Shown here piece by piece: positions 35,960 to 43,612 of a stretch of 62,810 bases of DNA (its first letter is position 1; the number at the start of each line of letters is the position of its first letter). The notes beneath the pieces are model-generated. The model saw only the letters and a program-made list of their open reading frames with translations, did no database searches and had not been told where the DNA came from. The position numbers and the translations under genes were made by a program. The stretch comes from Candidatus Peribacteraceae bacterium (GTDB taxonomy: Bacteria > Patescibacteriota > Gracilibacteria > Peribacterales > Peribacteraceae), in assembly GCA_030750465.1 (NCBI GenBank), contig JASMHZ010000001.1, forward strand, positions 47,203 through 110,012, written 5' to 3'.

Positions 35960-36577
35960 ATGCCCACCGCCACCCTTACTCCGCATCAGCGGACAGTACT
36001 TAATTACATAAAGGAATTTCAAACAAAGAGAGGATACTCCCCTTCTTTGTCTGATCTTGCTCTCGCATTTGGCGTTCGATCAAAGAACGCTGTTGCAAAA
36101 GTTGTGAACGCTTTGGTCCGCGAAGGGCAGATAGAGAAAGATCCAAAAGGAAGAATCAAGATAATTGATCTGGTTCCAATGGAAGACAGACCGGAACCTA
36201 TGATCCTTCCTCTTTTCGGGCCTATCTCTGCTGGATTTGCCGCGCCTGTCGAGGAGCAAGCAGAGGAAATGGTTACACTTGATGACTATATCGTTGGCAG
36301 TAAGAAATCATCGACGTTTTTACTTAGAGTTAAGGGCGACAGCATGGTTGAAGCCGGAATTTTTGAAGGAGATTTGGTTGTTGTCGAACGCGGAGTTGAG
36401 CCCAAAGCAAACGATATTGTTGTTGCTGTTCTGGATGGGGAGTTCACACTCAAAAGGCTTAAGAAAAGCAAAGGCAAATTCTATCTGCAAGCAGAAAATT
36501 CGGCATATTCGGACATGTATGCACTTGATGAGCTGACTGTGGCTGGAGTTGTGAGGGGGGCTATTAGAAAATACTGA
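35960..36577 (+). CDS. lexA: LexA repressor (S24 peptidase)
   Basis: Winged-helix N-terminus (RGYSPSLSDLALAFG) and S24 catalytic Ser/Lys (VKGDSM .. FTLKRL). ATG 35960 is preferred over the TTG 35903 of the ORF track. Confidence 0.85.
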   Translation: MPTATLTPHQRTVLNYIKEFQTKRGYSPSLSDLALAFGVRSKNAVAKVVNALVREGQIEKDPKGRIKIIDLVPMEDRPEPMILPLFGPISAGFAAPVEEQAEEMVTLDDYIVGSKKSSTFLLRVKGDSMVEAGIFEGDLVVVERGVEPKANDIVVAVLDGEFTLKRLKKSKGKFYLQAENSAYSDMYALDELTVAGVVRGAIRKY

Positions 36578-36580
36578 TAT

Positions 36581-36856
36581 ATGAGCATTTCATCAGATGA
36601 AAAAAGGCGATATCAATTGATTAAAAAAGAAGATATCAAAATCCTTGAGTTAGTTCATGAGCTTGAGCAAATTGAGAACTTGGATGAAAATGAGAAATTC
36701 CTTCTACAATTCTTACGAACACAACTGGAGGATGACTGGCGAACACCATGTCTGGATATATTGAATGCATTTAAAAAACATGCAGATCTTGAACCAGGAG
36801 AAAGATGGAAACAAATGAAACACGTGTATAATAAGTGGTGGATGCCAAATAAATGA
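36581..36856 (+). CDS. hypothetical protein
   Basis: 91 aa helical, charged ORF that starts 3 nt after the lexA stop. Confidence 0.45.
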   Translation: MSISSDEKRRYQLIKKEDIKILELVHELEQIENLDENEKFLLQFLRTQLEDDWRTPCLDILNAFKKHADLEPGERWKQMKHVYNKWWMPNK

Positions 36857-36928
36857 TTTTATTCCTTGAAATTAACGTCATTCTACGTTTTAAATAAACC
36901 AACCCGCCAGGTTTCCTTAAATTACATA

Positions 36929-37561
36929 ATGTTGTACAAGGGAAAATATCGGGCTGAATCCACGCGCCTCAATGGACACTATTACACCGAAGATGGATGG
37001 TATTTTATTACAATATGCACCAGGGATATGGAGTGCGCGTTTGGGAAAATCCAGAATGGAATTATGGGATTATCGGAAATTGGGTGTGTTGTTGCACGCG
37101 AATTGTATCGAACGGAAAAATTGCGATATTACGTTACATTGGATCGATGGATAATAATGCCGAATCACATACATGTAATCATTAAAATTGAACGCAACGC
37201 TGTTATTGATCACATGCACAATCAATTTCGACAACAAATAAATCAAACGCCCGTCGTAGAGACGTCCCGCCGGGACGTCTCTACCACACGGGCCATGTTG
37301 TTGTTTAACGATGTAAATGGTCGCATACAAAAAAACCCACCACGTTTACGCCCTCATTCAATCGGATCAATCGTCGGCCAATTCAAAACCTCATGCACCA
37401 AACAAATACGCAAAATGGGGCATCACAATTTTGCATGGCAAACGCGATTTTACGACCGGATTATTTGGAATGGCGATACACTAAATACAATACGAAAATA
37501 CATCCGTTTGAATCCTGTAAAATGGGAACGTGATAGAAATAATCCTGAATCCCTTAATTAA
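36929..37561 (+). CDS. REP-associated tyrosine transposase (RAYT; IS200/IS605 TnpA-like Y1 HUH enzyme)
   Basis: About 210 aa from ATG 36929. It has the HUH motif MPNHIHVII, the N-terminal YKGKYRAESTRL..YFITICT block and the catalytic-Tyr region WQTRFYDRII. Confidence 0.8.
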   Translation: MLYKGKYRAESTRLNGHYYTEDGWYFITICTRDMECAFGKIQNGIMGLSEIGCVVARELYRTEKLRYYVTLDRWIIMPNHIHVIIKIERNAVIDHMHNQFRQQINQTPVVETSRRDVSTTRAMLLFNDVNGRIQKNPPRLRPHSIGSIVGQFKTSCTKQIRKMGHHNFAWQTRFYDRIIWNGDTLNTIRKYIRLNPVKWERDRNNPESLN

Positions 37562-37856
37562 ACAAACTCTACGGAAGAACAGATACTTCCATATGCTCGC
37601 TGGTGCTTTGGGAGAGCCCATGAGGCAAATAGGAATAGCTCTAATGGGCCTTAAGCAGCCGGGAAATACACAATATTCGTTGTTTGATGGGCCGAATAGC
37701 AATAATCGATCAGAGAATGTGCAAAAGTCATTGGATAAAATCCGGCATCGTTACGGAAGAGATTCGATTTTCCGTGGCAGAGGTCTTTCAATTCCTCGTA
37801 AAAAGAAATCACGCACGCCGGATTTGTACGGAGGGATAAAGGAAATATCGAAGTAG
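37562..37856 (+). pseudogene. dinB: 3' remnant of a Y-family DNA polymerase (DinB-like little-finger C-terminus)
   Basis: ..EPMRQIGIALMGLKQPGNTQYSLFDG....VQKSLDKIRHRYGRDSIFRG matches the conserved DinB C-terminal pattern (RLLGV.LS.L...Q..LF...AID.IR.RFG). The N-terminal ~260 aa are missing. Confidence 0.55.
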
Positions 37857-37886
37857 AGGAGTGTATGTACAATGTACATACAGTGG

Positions 37887-40592
37887 TTATTTTAGTGTTT
37901 TTAACCTCTCTTCAATCTTATTTAGTTTGTTCTGAGCATTCTTAAGTTTATCCTTTTCCGTCTCCACAACTTCCTCAGGAGCATTATCTACGAATTTCTT
38001 ATTGTTGAGCTTACTTTCGATCGCTTTTGCGAATGACTCTAGCTTTTCTTTTTCTTTACCAAGCTTTCCCCGCTCTTTATCGAAATCTATTACTCCCTCC
38101 AGAGGAATATGAACCTCTATGTCCTTTAGGAATGTACTCGCCGCGTTCTCGTGCTTAGTCGGAGACGAATCGATTGTTAATTCACTAAGCCTTGCGAGTC
38201 TTTCTATGTGCTCTTGCTGTGATTCCAGAAGTTTCTGATGCTTTTTTGTGTGGACAATGGCTTTAAGTTTAAGCCCCGGCTCTACACCTTGGTCTGCACG
38301 TATACTTCTGATTGAAGTAATAACATCAATGATGATTTGGAAGTCTCTTTCTGCATCCTTGTCTTGTTTTTTGGGATCAGAGTGCACAGGCCATGGTTGA
38401 GCGATAAGCATTCCTTCTGATTTTTCAAATTTGAAATGCTCCCACAGTTCCTCTGTTACAAACGGGCAGTAAGGATGAAGTAAAACGAGAAAAGTTCTGA
38501 GTGTTCCAACCAACATATTTATATTAGTCTCTTCTTTGCTTAACTCCAGATACCAATCGCAGAAGTAATCCCATATAAAGCTATATAGCTTCTCCCCTAC
38601 TTCGCTGAGTCTATATTCATCTAATCCTTTAGTAACATCTGCTATCAAAGTATCTAATGATGACTGCAGAGCTCTATCAGCTAATGATAAATTCTCCGAA
38701 CCCGAACCCGAACCCGCAACAGTATGCGGATCCACCCCCTCATCCTCACACTTCATCTGAACGAATCTCGATGCATTCCATAATTTATTGACGAAGTTCC
38801 TATATCCTCCGATCTTTTCTTCATAAAGCTGGAAATCGTTACCCGGCATTTGTCCTACAATCATAGAAAGCCTGAGTGCATCGGCACCGTACTTAGGAAT
38901 AATCTCCAAAGGATCTATGCACGTCTCCGGATCAGACTTACTCATCTTCCTACCATCACGAGTTCGAACTAAACCGTGCAAGTAAACCGTATCAAATGGA
39001 ATCTGGCCTGTTGCGTACGTAGTCATTAAAATCATTCTGGCTACCCAGAAGAAAAGAATGTCGTAAGCAGTCTCCAGCACTTGCGTTGGATGGAATTTTT
39101 GGAAGTCAGGACTATTTTTAAGTAAATCCTCTAGTGAAAGTGACGAATCTTTAGCAACTTCCGGATCAATAAGCGTGCTCCATGTCCAAAGACCGGAACT
39201 GAACCACGTATCTAATGTATCTGAGTCTTGAGTCCAACCATTACCCTCCGGAGGATTAATGCCAACATAAACTTCACGCTCCTCTTCCCCTTTTCCTTTA
39301 TACCAAACAGGAATTCTATGACCCCACCATATCTGTCTGCTAACGCACCAGTCCCGAAGGTTATCGATCCAATGGAAATAAGTTTTATCAAATCTTTCCG
39401 GAATTATTTTTATATCTCCAGATTTTACAACATCCTGCATGATCCCTTTTAAACTCATTTTCTTATTCTTCCAATCAACAACCTCCTTGTTTACATCAAT
39501 AAACCACTGTTCCATTATCTGAGGTTCTAAAATTCCTTTTCCACGATAATTTACTGAGACGTTATGAATGTTATTTTCATCCGTTTCAATCAAAAGACCC
39601 TTTGCCTCCAGAATCTCTAAAACTTTTGGTCTGGCTTCATCTATATGCATACCTGCCAAATCGCCTGCTATCGGCAACAATTTGCCATCAAAATCAATTA
39701 CTTGTTCTTTTTCCAATTCATGCCTCTCGGCAAGATCAAAGTCTGCCTTGTCATGCCATGGTGTAACAGTCATACAACCTGTCCCCTGCTCCATATCAAT
39801 AATTTCTGCGTCTTTGATAACTGTTGCAGTGATCTTTCCATTAATCCATTCACATTCGAATTGATCTCCGTGTTTAAATTTTTTATATCTTGGATCGTCT
39901 GGATGGACCACAACATACTTATCACCAAACTTTGTTTCCGGTCTGGAAGTACTGATCTGGAAAGGTCCATACTGAAAAGTCCAATATGGTTCTGCTTTTT
40001 CTACATGTTCAACTTCATCGTCAGCAACAGTAGTCTGCATCTTCGGATCCCAACTGACTATTCTATGTCCCCTATAAATGAGCCCATCGTCATACATTCT
40101 TTTGAATACCTCATTAACGCACCTGCTCAAACTCGGATCCATAGTGTACTTTTCACGCGACCAATCGCAACTTGCACCCATTTTTCTGATCTGACCACGC
40201 ATTGTCTTTTTACTATCCTCTACAAAATTACGAACGCGCTTAAGAAACTCATCGCGTCCGACATCATGCTTTGTAAGCCCTTCTTCTGCTAACTTACGTT
40301 CCATAATAGAATTAGTTGCTATCGCCGCATGATCAGTTCCCGGTAACCACAAGGCCTCCTTTCCTTTCATTCTATTGAAGCGAATGAAGATATCTTCAAG
40401 TGCAAGCATCACAGAGTGGCCTAAGTGGAGTTGTCCCGTGGCATTCGGCGGCGGCATGCTGACTGTAAATGACTCCTTATCGCTCTTTGCATCTGCAATA
40501 AATGCACCTGATTCCTCCCATAATTTATAGATTCTATCTTCAACGGCCTTTGGATCGTAAGCTTTATCGAGCACTTGAGGGAAGTTTACCAC
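37887..40592 (-). CDS. valS: valyl-tRNA synthetase
   Basis: 901 aa with class I HIGH (PNATGQLHLGH) and KMSKS motifs, an editing domain and a C-terminal coiled coil. The start is GTG. Confidence 0.95.
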   Translation of the reverse strand: MVNFPQVLDKAYDPKAVEDRIYKLWEESGAFIADAKSDKESFTVSMPPPNATGQLHLGHSVMLALEDIFIRFNRMKGKEALWLPGTDHAAIATNSIMERKLAEEGLTKHDVGRDEFLKRVRNFVEDSKKTMRGQIRKMGASCDWSREKYTMDPSLSRCVNEVFKRMYDDGLIYRGHRIVSWDPKMQTTVADDEVEHVEKAEPYWTFQYGPFQISTSRPETKFGDKYVVVHPDDPRYKKFKHGDQFECEWINGKITATVIKDAEIIDMEQGTGCMTVTPWHDKADFDLAERHELEKEQVIDFDGKLLPIAGDLAGMHIDEARPKVLEILEAKGLLIETDENNIHNVSVNYRGKGILEPQIMEQWFIDVNKEVVDWKNKKMSLKGIMQDVVKSGDIKIIPERFDKTYFHWIDNLRDWCVSRQIWWGHRIPVWYKGKGEEEREVYVGINPPEGNGWTQDSDTLDTWFSSGLWTWSTLIDPEVAKDSSLSLEDLLKNSPDFQKFHPTQVLETAYDILFFWVARMILMTTYATGQIPFDTVYLHGLVRTRDGRKMSKSDPETCIDPLEIIPKYGADALRLSMIVGQMPGNDFQLYEEKIGGYRNFVNKLWNASRFVQMKCEDEGVDPHTVAGSGSGSENLSLADRALQSSLDTLIADVTKGLDEYRLSEVGEKLYSFIWDYFCDWYLELSKEETNINMLVGTLRTFLVLLHPYCPFVTEELWEHFKFEKSEGMLIAQPWPVHSDPKKQDKDAERDFQIIIDVITSIRSIRADQGVEPGLKLKAIVHTKKHQKLLESQQEHIERLARLSELTIDSSPTKHENAASTFLKDIEVHIPLEGVIDFDKERGKLGKEKEKLESFAKAIESKLNNKKFVDNAPEEVVETEKDKLKNAQNKLNKIEERLKTLK

Positions 40593-40913
40593 AGCAACCT
40601 AATAGACACAGAAGAATATTAAAAGTTGTTGGTTGCCGTGGTTTACAAGAAAACGCGGATTCTTCCAGAAAAAATAGATCACAGATTACGCAGATTTTAA
40701 GGGATTACACAGATTTCTAGAATCCAGATTTGTTGCATCTAGAGTAACAACCAGTGAAATCTGTGTTTAAATCTGTGCAATCTGTGGTATGAATGTTTGA
40801 CTACATTGCTTTTTTAGTTAAAATGCATTCAATTGGTGGGCGATTTGTCAGCATTGTCGTTGATGGACGCCCTTTACCTCCTCACTTGGTGCATTTTTAG
40901 AAAGGGCATTACC

Positions 40914-41087
40914 ATGCTCAAGCACCTCCTGAACCGCGCGTTCCAGAGTCAGGCCATCGCGAATCCGCTGGCAACCGAGATCGTCGATCCGAAGAAGCCG
41001 AACCGGATCAGCAGCGGCACCGTCATGAACGCGACGAATTGCCTGGCCGGCGTCAACCACGCATGGAACGCCAAGTTCGGCACCTAG
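40914..41087 (+). CDS. small ORF (57 aa) inside a high-GC foreign-looking patch
   Basis: MLKHLLNRAFQSQAIANPLATEIVDPKKPNRISSGTVMNATNCLAGVNHAWNAKFGT. About 90% G/C at third codon positions in this frame only. Function is unknown. Confidence 0.35.
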   Translation: MLKHLLNRAFQSQAIANPLATEIVDPKKPNRISSGTVMNATNCLAGVNHAWNAKFGT

Positions 41088-41432
41088 CGCGGGACGAGCC
41101 CTAACGGGCGCCAATTAGGGTTACTCCCTTCCGGCCTTGGTCTATGACCATAATTTTCGTGATTAAAAGATTTTCTTGATTACAAAGAATTAACTTCAAG
41201 TTCTACAAATAGCTTACGAAGAACTAATTCTCCGTAATCCTGTTTATCAAATAAATCCTATTAATCATGGTTAAAAAATGACCGCCATTGCGGGCGGTCA
41301 CTCAAAGATAGAAAGAGCGAAAACTTCAATTAAGAAGCCGATACTTTATACAGACGCTATAAAAGAATTGCAAGAAAGTGTAAGGAATTTCACTGGACAA
41401 GATGGTGCTTAAAGTATAGAATTCTTTGCCTA

Positions 41433-41954
41433 ATGGTAGGATTGAATACGAAATCAATGGGTGCGGATGGGGCCTCCGCAATGGGAGGAGCTCAGGTTGT
41501 AGCCGAAGGAGGACGTACCGCAATTGGTTGGAAGAACATACAGTTTCATAGTACTGATAGACTGACTCCTAATTCTGATCCTGTTGATTGGTGCGAGGCA
41601 GGCGTTCGTGCAGCTGCCTATGGAGTACTTGAAGCAGCACCAATGCTACTTGGAATGTTCAGCAGTAAGCGATATCAACTGCAAGCAACTCAGCATGCAA
41701 TATTCCGTGAACCTGTTGAGGGAGTTAAAGATTTTGTCGGAAATGCTACACGTTTAAATTTGCCAGGAGTTGCAAGCAATGTCTTTTTTGAACTCCCGGA
41801 TCGATTTGGACTCAAGCCAGCTGCTAGCTTATTTCCCGGCAATCCAAACTATGGAGGTGCACATGGAGTTGTAGTCCCTATGAGCGAACCTACGAGAAGC
41901 ACTAGAAACAACGTTCAAAGAACACTTTCAAAAGATTACGAACTAGCAGCATAA
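41433..41954 (+). CDS. hypothetical protein
   Basis: 173 aa. A plausible promoter TGGACA-17-TAGAAT lies just upstream. Confidence 0.5.
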   Translation: MVGLNTKSMGADGASAMGGAQVVAEGGRTAIGWKNIQFHSTDRLTPNSDPVDWCEAGVRAAAYGVLEAAPMLLGMFSSKRYQLQATQHAIFREPVEGVKDFVGNATRLNLPGVASNVFFELPDRFGLKPAASLFPGNPNYGGAHGVVVPMSEPTRSTRNNVQRTLSKDYELAA

Positions 41955-41956
41955 CA

Positions 41957-42091
41957 ATGGAATCTGAATCACACGCACTCGCCCTCCCCGAACCAAACTC
42001 TCTTGTTACCATTGGAGCATGGGTAGTAGTGGGATTAGTCGCTTTTGCAGTTCTTAAGAAGATGTACAATAGTCTCGTAAAAAGTAATTAG
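41957..42091 (+). CDS. small single-TM ORF (44 aa)
   Basis: MESESHALALPEPNSLVTIGAWVVVGLVAFAVLKKMYNSLVKSN. It starts 3 nt after the previous stop and is below the ORF-track cut-off. Confidence 0.25.
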   Translation: MESESHALALPEPNSLVTIGAWVVVGLVAFAVLKKMYNSLVKSN

Positions 42092-42098
42092 AGAATTC

Positions 42099-42410
42099 AT
42101 GCCCCGCTATGACTTTCAATGCCGGCAGTGTTCATATACTTTCGAATCCGAGCTTCCCTTCGGATCAGATGAAGAACCGTCATGCCCTGAGTGTGGAAAA
42201 GATACCAATAGACTGATATCACCTCCGGCAATTCATTTTAAGGGGGCAGGATTTTATAACTCTGATAATCGTAAACCAGCACCAAAACCTAAGGAATCTG
42301 ATGTAGGGGCACAGCGTACTGTGCCCGAGGAGGCAAAATCCGACGAGGGCACAAATAAGGACGCGAAGAAAAAGGAGAAAAAGAGCAAAAAAGACGACTG
42401 TTCCGCTTGA
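42099..42410 (+). CDS. FmdB-family zinc-ribbon protein
   Basis: MPRYDFQCRQCSYTFE...CPECG double CxxC N-terminus with a basic, low-complexity tail. Confidence 0.75.
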   Translation: MPRYDFQCRQCSYTFESELPFGSDEEPSCPECGKDTNRLISPPAIHFKGAGFYNSDNRKPAPKPKESDVGAQRTVPEEAKSDEGTNKDAKKKEKKSKKDDCSA

Positions 42411-42558
42411 GAGCGGAACGTCTTACGGGGCTAAAGGAAGCTGAGAAGTCTAAGTTGGTGAAAGTTTTTTTTGAGGAGGTATTGACTCAATTTCTGCCCT
42501 GACACATTATGAACTGCCGGCCCACCCACCCAAGGATAACCCACCCCGAGGGGGCGGG
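42400..42558 (-). repeat. ~160-nt conserved structured element, copy B (inverted)
   Basis: The reverse complement reads CCCGCCCCCTCGGGGTGGGTTAT..GGGTGGGTGGG..TGTGTCAG..GTCAATACC..TAGCCCCGTAAGAC-GTTCCGCT-CTCA-AGCGGAAC. The terminal hairpin overlaps the FmdB stop codon. Confidence 0.7.
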
Positions 42559-42661
42559 TGCATCTTTACGCAGAAAAGGACCTAATCTAGCCTCTAGTAA
42601 CCCATATCCCCCAAATTCCCCATATTCCATTAATCCCCAAAATATGTTATAATTATACGGA

Positions 42662-43540
42662 ATGGAGGCAAACACCCAAAATACACCTAAGCACAAACGA
42701 AATCTCCTTTTATTCGTCCAAATAACGAAGCTCTCCTACAAAGCTCTATTCCTCCTATGGCTGGGACTTGCATTAGGATTTGCTTTCGCATATTTCTTGC
42801 TGGAAACATTTGCCCCAGCTCATGCTCCAACTGAACTTGATAATCTCCCTGCCTTATATAGATTCTTAAACGCACTTTATTACTCAATAATTACAGCTAC
42901 TTCTACAGGATATGGCGACATTACTCCTGTAGGTTTCTCGAAGGCCCTGGCCAGTATCCAAAGCATCTCAGCTTTGTTCATTTTCGCAGTATTTGTGACG
43001 AAACTCGTCTCCCAAAGGCAAGACATGGCCCTTAAAGAAGTCCACAGGCTAACCTATGAGGATATCTTTCACAATATGCGCGGAGACCTGTTTAATATCA
43101 GGAAAGATCTGGATGCCATAATACTCGAAGCTAAAGGTAATAGTAATCTTTCCGAGGAATCCTGGGAAAACCTAATGATCGGATATCAGCAATGCCAAAG
43201 TTTGTTCGTGGAAATTCCTGAGCTTTATGACGGAGGAAACACTTACTACACCCTTGATCCAAAACGCGAGGAGCTTCTACTGGAAGCAGTGCATCGAACC
43301 ATCCATAGGATAAACAAAACTCTTGATGTGCTTAGTAAGGCCGGAATTGAATGGTCCGAGCATGAGGCAAGCATGACCGAGCTTGTTGAACTGATGAATG
43401 TTACTGATCGCATTACTCCCCTCTGGCAGAAACGAAGTCCATACCAAAAGAGGGAAGCATTTGAGGATATTATTAAGGTTAAGAATCAGACGCATAGCTG
43501 GGTGGAGAAATCGCTTCCAACTAACAACACGTCCGCTTAA
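42662..43540 (+). CDS. two-TM potassium channel with cytoplasmic C-terminal domain
   Basis: 292 aa with the selectivity filter TATSTGYGD. An extended -10 TGTTATAAT ends 8 nt before the ATG. Confidence 0.8.
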   Translation: MEANTQNTPKHKRNLLLFVQITKLSYKALFLLWLGLALGFAFAYFLLETFAPAHAPTELDNLPALYRFLNALYYSIITATSTGYGDITPVGFSKALASIQSISALFIFAVFVTKLVSQRQDMALKEVHRLTYEDIFHNMRGDLFNIRKDLDAIILEAKGNSNLSEESWENLMIGYQQCQSLFVEIPELYDGGNTYYTLDPKREELLLEAVHRTIHRINKTLDVLSKAGIEWSEHEASMTELVELMNVTDRITPLWQKRSPYQKREAFEDIIKVKNQTHSWVEKSLPTNNTSA

Positions 43541-43606
43541 GGCGGACTCTCAACAATCAACCCTCAACACTTTATTGTTGATTGTTGACTGTTGATTGTT
43601 GATAGT
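43524..43606. repeat. REP-like compound repeat (CAATCRAC family)
   Basis: ACAACAC-GTCCGC-TTAAG-GCGGAC-TCTCAACAATCAACCCTCAAC..GTTGATTGTTGACTGTTGATTGTTGA. The K+ channel stop codon sits in the hairpin loop. Confidence 0.8.
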
Positions 43607-43612
43607 TATTAA

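Noticed and set aside
37857-37886. A perfect 10-bp inverted repeat, TGTATGTACA-A-TGTACATACA, lies between the dinB remnant and valS.
   Set aside because: The 1-nt loop makes a poor RNA hairpin and there is no U-run. It may be a protein-binding palindrome, but nothing supports a specific call.
26428-42558. The two inverted ~160-nt copies were considered as terminal inverted repeats of a 16-kb transposon.
   Set aside because: The enclosed genes are core housekeeping (secF, tig, relA, rplJL, lexA, valS). No transposition genes sit at the ends and no target duplication was seen. The copies could still mediate an inversion.
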